Shown piece by piece: positions 29,897-38,426 of a stretch of 64,000 nt of DNA. The position numbers were made by a program, and so were the translations under genes. How positions within the stretch are numbered: position 1 is the first letter of the stretch; the number at the start of each line of letters is the position of its first letter. The DNA is taken from positions 124,001 to 188,000 of the IMG/VR virus record IMGVR_UViG_3300009011_000002. One strand, written 5' to 3'. Below the pieces are notes generated by a model, which saw only the letters and a program-made list of their open reading frames with translations, was not told where the DNA came from and did not search any database.

Positions 29897-29926
29897 ATAA
29901 TGTAGATGTGAAACTTACTGCAAGTT
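29897..29926 (-). promoter_or_regulatory. early promoter variant
   Basis: AACTTGCAGTAAGTTTCACATCTACATTAT: variant core, near-identical upstream element to 1695. Confidence 0.6.
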
Positions 29927-30443
29927 AATTGTACTTTGGTCGTTCCATCAGGGGTTGTTTGATCCCGTGTTGGACCGGGTGGTCTTTGCACTGCGGACGG
30001 AAGGTGAATCCGTTCTTGCGGTAGAACGACAACGCAATCTGGTTCAGGTCGAAACAGTTAACCTTGATCTGTTCGTACGGATGTTCCGCAGCAAAGCGAG
30101 CGATGATCACCGACCCGTAGCCCATGTTCCGGTATTTCTCCTTGATGAACATGGCGTTGATTTCGTAAGGCTCACCGTGGTTGATTCCAACGAAGCCGAT
30201 GATCTCGGTATCAGTTCCCGGGGTTATCACGAGGTAGAAACCTTTCACCGCCATCAGGAGTTCGTCCAGGGTCATCTCCAGGTTTGCTTCGATGTAGTCT
30301 TCCGCATTTGGGGTAAACGGCATCTCGAATTGCAGCAGGTCCCGGTACATCCCCCGGATCTCTTCTTGGCGCTCCCGGGAAAGTTCCTGCATGGTAGTGA
30401 AATAGCCAATGCTGCCAATAGGGAAGTCGCGTAGTTTGTTCAT
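29925..30443 (-). CDS. GNAT-family acetyltransferase
   Basis: IIGF...FIKEKYRNMGYGS (motif A)...N..ALSFYRKNGF. Confidence 0.9.
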   Translation of the reverse strand: MNKLRDFPIGSIGYFTTMQELSRERQEEIRGMYRDLLQFEMPFTPNAEDYIEANLEMTLDELLMAVKGFYLVITPGTDTEIIGFVGINHGEPYEINAMFIKEKYRNMGYGSVIIARFAAEHPYEQIKVNCFDLNQIALSFYRKNGFTFRPQCKDHPVQHGIKQPLMERPKYN

Positions 30444-30488
30444 TGTAATCGCCCAAAAGAAACAGTCTGAATGGAGAGAGGCGGCTAA

Positions 30489-30522
30489 AGCGGAGCGGTA
30501 GGCTTTACGCCTCCGCTCCGCT
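30489..30522. terminator. GC-rich intergenic hairpin
   Basis: AGCGGAGCGG...CCGCTCCGCT. Confidence 0.5.
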
Positions 30523-30543
30523 AATTAATAGGCCGTACAGTGG

Positions 30544-30951
30544 TTATTTAGTGGTGCACTGACCGAGTACAACTACCCGGTTAGCTTGGTTGGCGTCGAA
30601 GAAGTACACCATGAAGTACGGGTTACCCGATTCATTGTGCTTCTTGAAGAACAGGTTCTTGGTATTGCTACCCACACCACCCCGGGTATTTTCCGAGGTG
30701 CTGTTCAGGACGGTCTCTTTGTCCCAGATCTTGTTCTTGTCGATGGTGAACGAGGTTTCACTTTGGTGGATCACAGTGATCTCGTTGATAGCAGGGTTGT
30801 CAGTTTTGAAGCCTTCTTTCTTGCTGTACTCGTTGTCGGTGTACTGCGCGCACTCGTAAGTCTTTTCAGTGAAGGGGGTAGGGTCACCCTTCTGGACGCT
30901 AGCAAAGGCCAGGGACGAGAAGAGGAGAATCAACAGACCGAAAGATTTCAT
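30544..30951 (-). CDS. exported/periplasmic protein
   Basis: signal peptide ending AFA; two Cys; architecture like 27118..27618. Confidence 0.7.
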   Translation of the reverse strand: MKSFGLLILLFSSLAFASVQKGDPTPFTEKTYECAQYTDNEYSKKEGFKTDNPAINEITVIHQSETSFTIDKNKIWDKETVLNSTSENTRGGVGSNTKNLFFKKHNESGNPYFMVYFFDANQANRVVVLGQCTTK

Positions 30952-30976
30952 GCAGTACTACTCCTGTAGTTAATTA

Positions 30977-31354
30977 TTAACGCTTTACTGGTAGACGCGG
31001 GAAACGGGATTTGGTTTGCACCAGTTTGTTCAGCACAGCGCCGGTAGTGGCAAAGTAATCCGCCATCCGGTTGATGCCGAGTACCTTGAGTCCTTCATCG
31101 ACCTCGAAGGGCTGCAGTGTGAGCAGATTGATCGAAGGACCCCGATCGCCTTCGAAGTCGAACAGCTCATACGCCCGGTTCAAAGCAATGGCCCGGGCGC
31201 AGCCGGTTTGACGCATGTACCACAACACCCAATCGTTAGATGGGTGAGTACCGGCCTCGTTTGCCAGCTTGGGTTCTTGATCCAGCTGTTTTGCCAAACG
31301 GCAAAACACTTTGATCATGTTGCTGCCCATTTTGTTCAGAGGGGTAGTGTTCAT
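30977..31354 (-). CDS. WxxW-module protein
   Basis: EPKL...SNDWVLWYMRQTGCARAIA. Confidence 0.7.
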   Translation of the reverse strand: MNTTPLNKMGSNMIKVFCRLAKQLDQEPKLANEAGTHPSNDWVLWYMRQTGCARAIALNRAYELFDFEGDRGPSINLLTLQPFEVDEGLKVLGINRMADYFATTGAVLNKLVQTKSRFPRLPVKR

Positions 31355-31686
31355 ACTTCTTCCAGTTTCTTGTACTTAGGGTAATGACGACGGCGCTCTA
31401 CAAAAGGTGTTCTAGCATCAGGTAATACACTCTTACCTACTGCCCTGACCACTTCCATCCGCTGGTAAACCACAATAGCCGCAAAATGAGGCCGACGCTT
31501 CATAATGCGTTCGATGATGGTCACGTCCTGAAAGTAGCGAGTGGGTCCGCCTGACATAGACAACTGGCTACCGTGGGCACCATGTGGATAGCGAACAGCG
31601 CCGATGATAAAGTTACGATCAGGCCCACCGGCAGTCTTGATACCGTCGAGGGCTTCGCGGTGGTCGGTATACGGTAAGGTAGCCAT
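31351..31686 (-). CDS. hypothetical protein
   Basis: 111 aa, GGAG RBS. Confidence 0.6.
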   Translation of the reverse strand: MATLPYTDHREALDGIKTAGGPDRNFIIGAVRYPHGAHGSQLSMSGGPTRYFQDVTIIERIMKRRPHFAAIVVYQRMEVVRAVGKSVLPDARTPFVERRRHYPKYKKLEEV

Positions 31687-31743
31687 TAAAACAACTCCGG
31701 GTTTTCAAGATAGTTCTGGCTGTCCATCAGGTCGTCACGAGCG

Positions 31744-32049
31744 TTAATTAGAGACGGTTCTGCGCCCATTATCGGCCCTTGTCGGTGTGAAGTTGAGAAT
31801 GGCGTTGTCCAGGATCTCTATTAGCTGGAAGTCCTGTACATCGCCGTCGAAAGCAAACATCGATTTCTCGAGAGCCATGCCCTCGGCTTCGTCGTAGCTA
31901 ACGGCATGGGCCTGCATGCACCATTGGAGCCATGCAGGGTTGAACTGAATTTGGTTGACGATGTACAGCGGAGGCTGTACAAGGACATTTTGAGATTGCC
32001 CCAAGTGGGGTAGAAGATTAACCGGGTTACATGGGTAAAGGATCTTCAT
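31744..32049 (-). CDS. WxxW-module protein
   Basis: PPL...FNPAWLQWCMQAHAVSYDEA. Confidence 0.7.
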   Translation of the reverse strand: MKILYPCNPVNLLPHLGQSQNVLVQPPLYIVNQIQFNPAWLQWCMQAHAVSYDEAEGMALEKSMFAFDGDVQDFQLIEILDNAILNFTPTRADNGRRTVSN

Positions 32050-32276
32050 GGTTTGAACTTCCTTTTCGGTTTTGGTCTTCCGATGCGAAGCTCTCCCCGA
32101 CGGATCGCTTCTGCTCGGGTGCAGTTGTTAGTCAACATGCACCAATCGATCCAATCGGAGTTGAGCTCAGGAGGGTTGCCAACAGTAAGCGGTGGTTCTT
32201 CTGAGGTAATGCTGGTAAGTTTGATACAGTGTTTCATAGATCTCCTATATGGTTTATTGTTTAATTGTTTTGCCAA
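32046..32276 (-). CDS. WxxW-module protein (near stand-alone)
   Basis: EPPL...LNSDWIDWCMLTNNCTRAEA; may start at MKHC after AGGAG. Confidence 0.7.
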   Translation of the reverse strand: MAKQLNNKPYRRSMKHCIKLTSITSEEPPLTVGNPPELNSDWIDWCMLTNNCTRAEAIRRGELRIGRPKPKRKFKP

Positions 32277-33363
32277 GTTTCTTGGCTTTCTTCCGATACT
32301 TCCGCATCGCTTCCTTACAGGATTCGTCTGCGTTGATATAGAACTTGATACCCTCGACGATATCGTCCCAGGTAGGATAGAGCTTGCAGTTATCCATGAT
32401 GAACTTGACGAGCTTGCGATTGGTCAGGTCTTTACCCAACTTCTCGAGCTCTTGGTTCAACCGGCGGAGCCAGCTGTTGCTGAACCCGGAGTTGCTGTGG
32501 ATCTGACGGTGGCGTTTCGCAACGGCGCGCTTGCGGGCTTCCTCTTCTTCAGGCGTAGGGCCGTAGACGAAGTTGAAGTCTTCCAGGTTCACGGTCATGA
32601 TGTCGATCTCGCCGTCACCGAGAACTTCCATGGCCTTTTTGACCTGAGAAGGTGTCAGCCCCTTGCTCTTGAGGAACTCGCGGATCTGCCCCGTCTTAAC
32701 GATCTTGGCGGTGGCCTTACCGAAAAGATTTCCGTCGAACATTTCCTGACGTGCCTTGGAGGCAATCTGGATACCTGGCTCGCATAGAAGGTCGGTATCA
32801 CCAAGACTACCCGAGGGACGCTGGTGGCCGAGACGAACACCCAGCTTCAGATCGTGCAGCTCGGACAGCGCAGCATAAGAAACGTTGGTCAGGGTTACGG
32901 TACGCCCAGAAGGCAGCTTGAAGATACGAGGACCGATGTCACCCTCATTAATCTTTATGACCTCCCCCAACGTCGGAACTTTCAACCCGAGTTTAAGCCC
33001 ACTGAGAGGCAATTCCGTGTTATAAGCCTGTTGGTTTTTGGAGATTTCTTCCTCAGCTTTAGGTGGAGGAAGGACTACACCCAGAAACTCCAACCCGGTC
33101 ACATCACGTTTGCTTGTACGTCCTGCTTCGAGCAGCTTACTCCAGCCGGAGTTGAAAATACTGTTCTCGGCGTGGCTCTGGACGATCGCGTGGCTGAGGG
33201 CTTGCGTGAAGAACGAATCGTCACCGGTGAAGATTTTCTTAAGCTCTTCAACCGTGCTGTTCTCTACCAGTTTACGAAGTTCTTCCTTACGGTCGCCGGC
33301 AAATTGATCGAGCTTACCGGCTTCAAACATTGCCAGCAGTGCTTCTTTAAGATTGTTAGCCAT
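32254..33363 (-). CDS. hypothetical protein
   Basis: 369 aa ORF. Confidence 0.7.
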   Translation of the reverse strand: MANNLKEALLAMFEAGKLDQFAGDRKEELRKLVENSTVEELKKIFTGDDSFFTQALSHAIVQSHAENSIFNSGWSKLLEAGRTSKRDVTGLEFLGVVLPPPKAEEEISKNQQAYNTELPLSGLKLGLKVPTLGEVIKINEGDIGPRIFKLPSGRTVTLTNVSYAALSELHDLKLGVRLGHQRPSGSLGDTDLLCEPGIQIASKARQEMFDGNLFGKATAKIVKTGQIREFLKSKGLTPSQVKKAMEVLGDGEIDIMTVNLEDFNFVYGPTPEEEEARKRAVAKRHRQIHSNSGFSNSWLRRLNQELEKLGKDLTNRKLVKFIMDNCKLYPTWDDIVEGIKFYINADESCKEAMRKYRKKAKKLGKTIKQ

Positions 33364-33634
33364 TCTTCTGTTCCTTCAATTCTTCAATTCGGAGTTTGCA
33401 AGCAGCGAGGCTTGCCTTAGGGGAATAACGACGACGCAAACGGAACCACGTCACCCAAACCGGGTTAGGTTTACCGTTAGCCAGAGCGGGAGGAGGCTCT
33501 GGCATTTCTTTCAAACTGTCGTTGAAAGCATGGTGTGCTTCTTTGTAAGACACTCCCTTTTGTTGCATGTACGCTTGGACCCAGGTGTGATTAATCTCAC
33601 CTTTCTTGGAAATCAAAGGTGGTAGTGTGTTCAT
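33356..33634 (-). CDS. tandem two-WxxW-module protein
   Basis: PPL..INHTWVQAYMQQKGVSYKEA and PPAL..PNPVWVTWFRLRRRYSPKA. Confidence 0.7.
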   Translation of the reverse strand: MNTLPPLISKKGEINHTWVQAYMQQKGVSYKEAHHAFNDSLKEMPEPPPALANGKPNPVWVTWFRLRRRYSPKASLAACKLRIEELKEQKNG

Positions 33635-33650
33635 AGGGTCACCGTAAAAG

Positions 33651-34265
33651 TTATACCGTCAGCGCATCGATTTCTTTACGCTGTTCTTCCAGTTCCGCAC
33701 CAAAAGCTTTGATGTACAAATCCGGATAACGAGCATAACCACCAGTGCCGAACTTTTCCTTCAGATGCTTGAGAGCACCTTCACGACGCTCAGCAAGGGT
33801 CATCTCAGGGTTGTGCTTTTCTCGGTACATCACAGCACGATAGCGCATCTGAGTAACCCGACCTGGCAACCCACGATCCGCCGAGTTGATCAGTTCAGCA
33901 AATCGATTACTGAACTCCCCCTTGAATGAAGCACGATGTTGCTGACAGCCCAGGTATACATTCCTGAGTTCTTCACCTTGAAGGTTGTTAACAATCAGCG
34001 GGTGGTCAGTGGTAACCAGCCACTCGTAGCTGAGGGTGTGGTGATTATTACGGCTCCACGCGAACATGTCGTGGAAGTAAGCGGCGAACAACATCCACTT
34101 AGGGTCGTAACCCAACCCTAGGCGTTGATCGATCACCATAGCGGTTTGGAACACTTCTTCGAAATGTTCTTTGCGATGAGCTTTGTCATTCAGTTCCCAA
34201 AGCTCAGAGAACGACTCGATAATTTGTTTACGCAGTTCGCCAATCTGTTCTGGGGTGGTCATCAT
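33651..34265 (-). CDS. HD-domain metal-dependent phosphohydrolase
   Basis: AH..EH..EV...AAYFHD...H...INSAD motif order. Confidence 0.85.
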   Translation of the reverse strand: MMTTPEQIGELRKQIIESFSELWELNDKAHRKEHFEEVFQTAMVIDQRLGLGYDPKWMLFAAYFHDMFAWSRNNHHTLSYEWLVTTDHPLIVNNLQGEELRNVYLGCQQHRASFKGEFSNRFAELINSADRGLPGRVTQMRYRAVMYREKHNPEMTLAERREGALKHLKEKFGTGGYARYPDLYIKAFGAELEEQRKEIDALTV

Positions 34266-34549
34266 GCGTTTCCTTCTTGTAAGAGTTTGAGTTTAGCCAA
34301 CCCGCATTTCTTTGCGATGTTGGTTGTTACGTTGTTGTGGATCCGATACCAGTGGACCCACCGCACACTGAGGAACTGACCGGTCTTCGAAAGCTTAGGC
34401 TCCGGCATAGCCTTGATCCGTTCGATATGTTGGAACCGAGCAGTTACAGGGGTACACCCATGTTTCTGTTGATACCACAGCTGCCACGCTGGATTGAACC
34501 CACCATTCCCATCAATGAGACTGGGTTCTTTTAATAGGACCTTCGGCAT
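34262..34549 (-). CDS. tandem two-WxxW-module protein
   Basis: EPSL..FNPAWQLWYQQKHGCTPVTA and EPKL..LSVRWVHWYRIHNNVTTNIA. Confidence 0.75.
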   Translation of the reverse strand: MPKVLLKEPSLIDGNGGFNPAWQLWYQQKHGCTPVTARFQHIERIKAMPEPKLSKTGQFLSVRWVHWYRIHNNVTTNIAKKCGLAKLKLLQEGNA

Positions 34550-34585
34550 AATAATCCCTGAATATGTTAGCTATCTAACACCTTA

Positions 34586-34615
34586 GTAATATAGATGGGA
34601 GATCGGCTAAAACTT
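34586..34615 (-). promoter_or_regulatory. early promoter
   Basis: CCATCTATATTAC 37 nt upstream of the 34549 ATG. Confidence 0.75.
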
Positions 34616-34654
34616 AATACCGATGTATCGGGTTAATAGGTCGTATCAAAAAGA

Positions 34655-34699
34655 AATATAACCCCCTACTGCCTTTGTGGGGCAGTAGGGGGTTATATT
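34655..34699 (-). terminator. intrinsic terminator
   Basis: 19-bp perfect stem followed by a U-rich tract on the minus strand. Confidence 0.85.
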
Positions 34700-34709
34700 C
34701 GGTTACTCG

Positions 34710-35117
34710 TTAGCCGAACAATACGGACAGGTCAGGTTTAACCAAGTTGAGTAGCGTTCTCAATTCTTGATTGGCCGGATTCATGACCATTTCGTAGTGA
34801 GGGTACTGAGGTGTCCACTGCCGAGTGTCTTTCAACGGTGGTGGTTTCAGCCCACAGAATTCATCGATGATGTGGTCTTCTTGCTCCAACATCATGTTGA
34901 ACCGGACGGAACTGAGTTGTTGGTGACGCATGAGTTCCCCAACGTTCCATTGGGTATTATGGGCCATTACATCCATCCCAAGGAAATCCATCCAGGCCCT
35001 TTCGTTGACACGACCGTCTACCTTACGCAGGGGTTTAGGTCGGACTACTGTTGGGCGAAGACCTTTACCACGACCAAAGGCAGCAATCAGATCGAGAGTA
35101 GAATTATTAGAACGCAT
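34710..35117 (-). CDS. hypothetical protein (possible degenerate WxxW module)
   Basis: PKPL..DGRVNERAWMDF. Confidence 0.6.
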   Translation of the reverse strand: MRSNNSTLDLIAAFGRGKGLRPTVVRPKPLRKVDGRVNERAWMDFLGMDVMAHNTQWNVGELMRHQQLSSVRFNMMLEQEDHIIDEFCGLKPPPLKDTRQWTPQYPHYEMVMNPANQELRTLLNLVKPDLSVLFG

Positions 35118-35604
35118 AACGGTTCACCTCGGCTGGTTCGGTAGGGAGCCACAACAGAACGGCACCGGCACCATGGTCATCGGGCAATGCTTCACGAACG
35201 GTAGCCCGCTGGTAATTGTCGAACAACCCTACCTCGCCGTTGAACTTCTGCTTGAACGGCAGTTCGAGTCCAACAGGTTTGGTATAACGGATAAAGCCCA
35301 GTACCCACTGCTCGGACTTACCGCCCCTTTCATAGTGACACACCACGATGAGCCCGTCACCGTACTCGTTGACCTCCAACTCGAAAGTCCGGGAGTTGAA
35401 GACCGTGTGGTTATGGAACATGATGAAAGCCAAGAAGGCTTCTTTCGTTGCCGGGACCAACACCTGCGGGAAACCGCTGTCGTTGAACATGTCACGCTGA
35501 ACGAACAGACAGTACTCGCCCGGGAAGGACTGGTCTTTACCACGAACCATATCCCAGTATTGTTCGGAAGTTTGGTTCTTGATGATGTCGATATAAGGAT
35601 GCAT
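35107..35604 (-). CDS. hypothetical protein
   Basis: 165 aa. Confidence 0.65.
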   Translation of the reverse strand: MHPYIDIIKNQTSEQYWDMVRGKDQSFPGEYCLFVQRDMFNDSGFPQVLVPATKEAFLAFIMFHNHTVFNSRTFELEVNEYGDGLIVVCHYERGGKSEQWVLGFIRYTKPVGLELPFKQKFNGEVGLFDNYQRATVREALPDDHGAGAVLLWLPTEPAEVNRYAF

Positions 35605-35619
35605 GTTCTGTACCTTTAG

Positions 35620-36210
35620 TTATTCAGATGGCCCGCTGTTGTCACTGCCGCTACTACCGCCGTAGTCGTTGTCAGACCCACGAGGAGAACACCGGGGCGC
35701 GCTCAGAGGCTCTCCGGTGCCTAAATCAGGGCCGTATTGGTGATGGTGGTGGATATGGGTGACGTTGCCGCCATGACGTTTAGGAGGAGCTGGCGGAGGC
35801 CCTTTTGGAGGGATCTTCGGTAGGGGGTTGCGACGGCCAGGTTCTAATGGTGGAGCTGAAGCTCGTGGATACCCGCCAGCTTTACGAGTCTTCTCACCCA
35901 ACGGTGGTTGACTGATGCTGTCAATCGTTAAAACGATATCATCAACACTATAGGCTTCGATGAAATCTTTTTCACTCTTACCTGCATTACCTTCGAGTGC
36001 TTGCCATACTTCAAATGCCGAACGACCCAGTCTTTTACTACGCTCGAGCTTACGGATTTCTTTCTCGGCATCACGGAACTTCTTTTCGAACTCGTTAGCC
36101 CGACGAGTCTCACGACACCACATAACGAACGAACTGATTACTGCGATCCAGAACAACAGGAACAGAATAACAGCCGGCAACATAGCGGCGGGGTTTAAGT
36201 GGAACGTCAT
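35620..36210 (-). CDS. membrane protein with coiled coil, one tail-fibre repeat and Pro/His-rich tail
   Basis: N-terminal TM; GRSAFEVWQALEGNAGKSEKDFIEA; start MTFHL after AGGAG. Confidence 0.7.
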   Translation of the reverse strand: MTFHLNPAAMLPAVILFLLFWIAVISSFVMWCRETRRANEFEKKFRDAEKEIRKLERSKRLGRSAFEVWQALEGNAGKSEKDFIEAYSVDDIVLTIDSISQPPLGEKTRKAGGYPRASAPPLEPGRRNPLPKIPPKGPPPAPPKRHGGNVTHIHHHHQYGPDLGTGEPLSAPRCSPRGSDNDYGGSSGSDNSGPSE

Positions 36211-36212
36211 CA

Positions 36213-36500
36213 CTAGCTCCTGTATTGAAGGTACAAGAGAGCCCACGCAACAATGTGGCCTCCCAATGCAATCGAAACCCCCAAGACCTGCCACCGATTC
36301 TGTAATGGCCAGTGGCGGCGCATCCGTTGCCAGCGTGTGGCATTCGGTTGTACCGGGGGACGGTTATCAAGCATCATCAGGATATTGAACGAGTCAGTTT
36401 TGAAGTGCTCGTCCACCATCCGTTTAGCTTCCTCGAGGTTGCCAGGAACCGGATGGCTTTCGATGTTAGGTTCGCGGAACTTGAGAATCTTGGCTGTCAT
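36213..36500 (-). CDS. small membrane protein
   Basis: C-terminal TM segment. Confidence 0.6.
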   Translation of the reverse strand: MTAKILKFREPNIESHPVPGNLEEAKRMVDEHFKTDSFNILMMLDNRPPVQPNATRWQRMRRHWPLQNRWQVLGVSIALGGHIVAWALLYLQYRS

Positions 36501-36702
36501 TTCGTTTACTCAGCTCTTCTTGTATCAGCCAATGGTGTTCTTCGGTAATCACCAACGTGGGTGGGCCAAAGCGGTAGTATTTGAACGTGAAGCCACCGGG
36601 GAGCATCTGGTTCATGCCCCTCAGTGCAGGGAGGTCGAGAGTCTCAACGCACCGTTTGATGCGTTGTTCTTCTCGAGTAAGAAAGCGAAGCACCTTGCTC
36701 AT
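36466..36702 (-). CDS. hypothetical protein
   Basis: start MSKVLRF coupled to the upstream stop. Confidence 0.5.
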   Translation of the reverse strand: MSKVLRFLTREEQRIKRCVETLDLPALRGMNQMLPGGFTFKYYRFGPPTLVITEEHHWLIQEELSKRNDSQDSQVPRT

Positions 36703-37091
36703 TACCGGATTCCTTGATCGTACTGAACTTGTTGCCTGTTCAATGCATAGGCCAGAGAGCACACCTCTTCTGGGGTCATGCCGTCCCGCCTAGCAATGTC
36801 CATCACCCAACGTTGAGACAACTGCCCGTTGGGTGTCCACATGGACGGTGGTTCGTCTGGCAGTTCGGCTGTCAAGAAGTGCAGCTCATTACGAAGGCCT
36901 TGTTTCAACATGTTGGCCATCATCAGAACTGTTTCTTTGTCTTCGGGGTGGACGCTTACCACACGTCCAGCCTTAGCCAACTTCTCGGACATCCAGTTGG
37001 TCCATTCGAATGCCACACGGTCTTTGTGGGAAGTAAAGACCGTGGGTTCATCTTCGCCTGCTTGGTAACCCTTGTAGCCTGGTGGAAACAT
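36702..37091 (-). CDS. WxxW-module protein (variant)
   Basis: EPPSM..GQLSQRWVMDIARRDGMTPEEV; AGGAGG RBS. Confidence 0.7.
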   Translation of the reverse strand: MFPPGYKGYQAGEDEPTVFTSHKDRVAFEWTNWMSEKLAKAGRVVSVHPEDKETVLMMANMLKQGLRNELHFLTAELPDEPPSMWTPNGQLSQRWVMDIARRDGMTPEEVCSLAYALNRQQVQYDQGIR

Positions 37092-37109
37092 AAATCCTCC
37101 TTTGTGCTA

Positions 37110-37295
37110 TTAAATGTCCTTCACGTCCTCCACCAACGTCAGGGTCAGCACAGGGGAGTAGGTGAGTTGTTCTTTGACAGGTGGTGGTAACTGGGCGATG
37201 AGTTCGGGGGTGAAGTGTAAACGGCCCAGCAAGGCAACGGGTATATCTTGGTCCAGTTCCTTGAGTCTAGCTAAAAGTTCTTTTTGACGATCCAT
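37110..37295 (-). CDS. hypothetical protein
   Basis: 61 aa, AGGAG RBS. Confidence 0.55.
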   Translation of the reverse strand: MDRQKELLARLKELDQDIPVALLGRLHFTPELIAQLPPPVKEQLTYSPVLTLTLVEDVKDI

Positions 37296-37312
37296 GAGGT
37301 ATATCTCCTAGG

Positions 37313-37798
37313 TCACATACCGAGTCGCTTAATGGCTTCTTGCAACAACTGGGTGTCAAAGGTCTTGCCAGCGATCTTGCCATCGCGTGTCAAGGAAGCC
37401 GCCAGGATCTCGAGGTGCTGGGAGATGTCCTTGTTGGTCATGTCGGATGGCGCTGGGATAAATGTCTTAGCCAGTGGGTTGTCCAGCATGGCCCGGAGTT
37501 TATCCAGTTCCTTGGTGGCCATCTTCATGCCTTCACTGAGAGCACCAATTGCTTGGATGCCTTTGAGCATGCCTTCGAAATTAGCGGCGAAGTTGCTTCT
37601 AAGGTCCGCAGGTTTGATGGAGTCGGCGTGGACTTTTTCGAGCTTACGCATCCCTGCCCCAAGACGCAGGCACATGTTCAGCTGTTCGATTGCAGCAGTG
37701 CGGTATTCCCGACTGGTACCGTCGGTCACAGGCAGTGCCAACACCATACGTTTCAGTGCACCCACTTGCCGTGCGTAATCATCGAGATCTTTGATCAT
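37313..37798 (-). CDS. hypothetical helical protein
   Basis: 161 aa, AGGAGG RBS. Confidence 0.65.
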   Translation of the reverse strand: MIKDLDDYARQVGALKRMVLALPVTDGTSREYRTAAIEQLNMCLRLGAGMRKLEKVHADSIKPADLRSNFAANFEGMLKGIQAIGALSEGMKMATKELDKLRAMLDNPLAKTFIPAPSDMTNKDISQHLEILAASLTRDGKIAGKTFDTQLLQEAIKRLGM

Positions 37799-38426
37799 CG
37801 GGTTCTACGCCTCCTTTTTCAATGAAGTCCTTGCCTATATGGATGGCAGCGACCAGTGAGATGTCATAGTGGTCACGCGCCCACTTAACCCACTCGTAGT
37901 TAAGGCCGCATTGCATGGAACCACTGAGTTTAGGTTCGCCGGGACGGCGGGCCAGATAAGTCCCTTTGGCATTCCAACGTTTGAGGAATGTGTGGATAGG
38001 AGAACCAGGGTTTTCCCTGATGCTGATTTCCAACGGAGTTTTATCGACAAGGCGACGACCGCTCTTGAAAATCCCCATCAAATCCAGACTGCCGTCTTCA
38101 AGGAAGAACTGACTGATGTCTTTGAAGTTGCCCCTGCCACTGACCGAATCAAAACTGGCTTCCGCATCTTCGATGCAGCTGAAGTACTGGCCGTTAGGAG
38201 GCAATTGGATCCAGCACTCTTGAGGAATGGCTTTGATCACATCCTCCGCCGACAGGTACTTAGGGATCCCACCAAACACCGTGCTGAAGGTACCAGGGCG
38301 AAGTCCGCCGTTCAGCAACTTATCCAACGTTGGAAAACCAACACTGAGTTTTTCCAGATGTTCCTTGGGGACCGGCTCAAATTCCGGCATTTTCAATTTG
38401 AGCCGATCAAACAAATCTTTATCCAT
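37779..38426 (-). CDS. RadA/DnaB-like N-terminal stub fused to a WxxW module
   Basis: LSVGFPTLDKLLNGGLRPG without Walker A; C-terminal EPKL..LNYEWVKWARDHYDISLVAA. Confidence 0.7.
   Translation of the reverse strand: MDKDLFDRLKLKMPEFEPVPKEHLEKLSVGFPTLDKLLNGGLRPGTFSTVFGGIPKYLSAEDVIKAIPQECWIQLPPNGQYFSCIEDAEASFDSVSGRGNFKDISQFFLEDGSLDLMGIFKSGRRLVDKTPLEISIRENPGSPIHTFLKRWNAKGTYLARRPGEPKLSGSMQCGLNYEWVKWARDHYDISLVAAIHIGKDFIEKGGVEPDDQRSR

Noticed and set aside
32890-32930. RIFKLPSGRTVT resembling the P1 ParB N-terminal segment
   Set aside because: Too short and generic; no ParB GxRR box follows.
3660-36027. 75-bp repeat pair as a diversity-generating retroelement TR/VR
   Set aside because: Mismatches are not confined to adenines, many are synonymous, and there is no reverse transcriptase in the window.
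37779-38426. Calling this gene a functional RadA/DnaB ATPase
   Set aside because: No Walker A GKT or Walker B; only a 27-aa stub.
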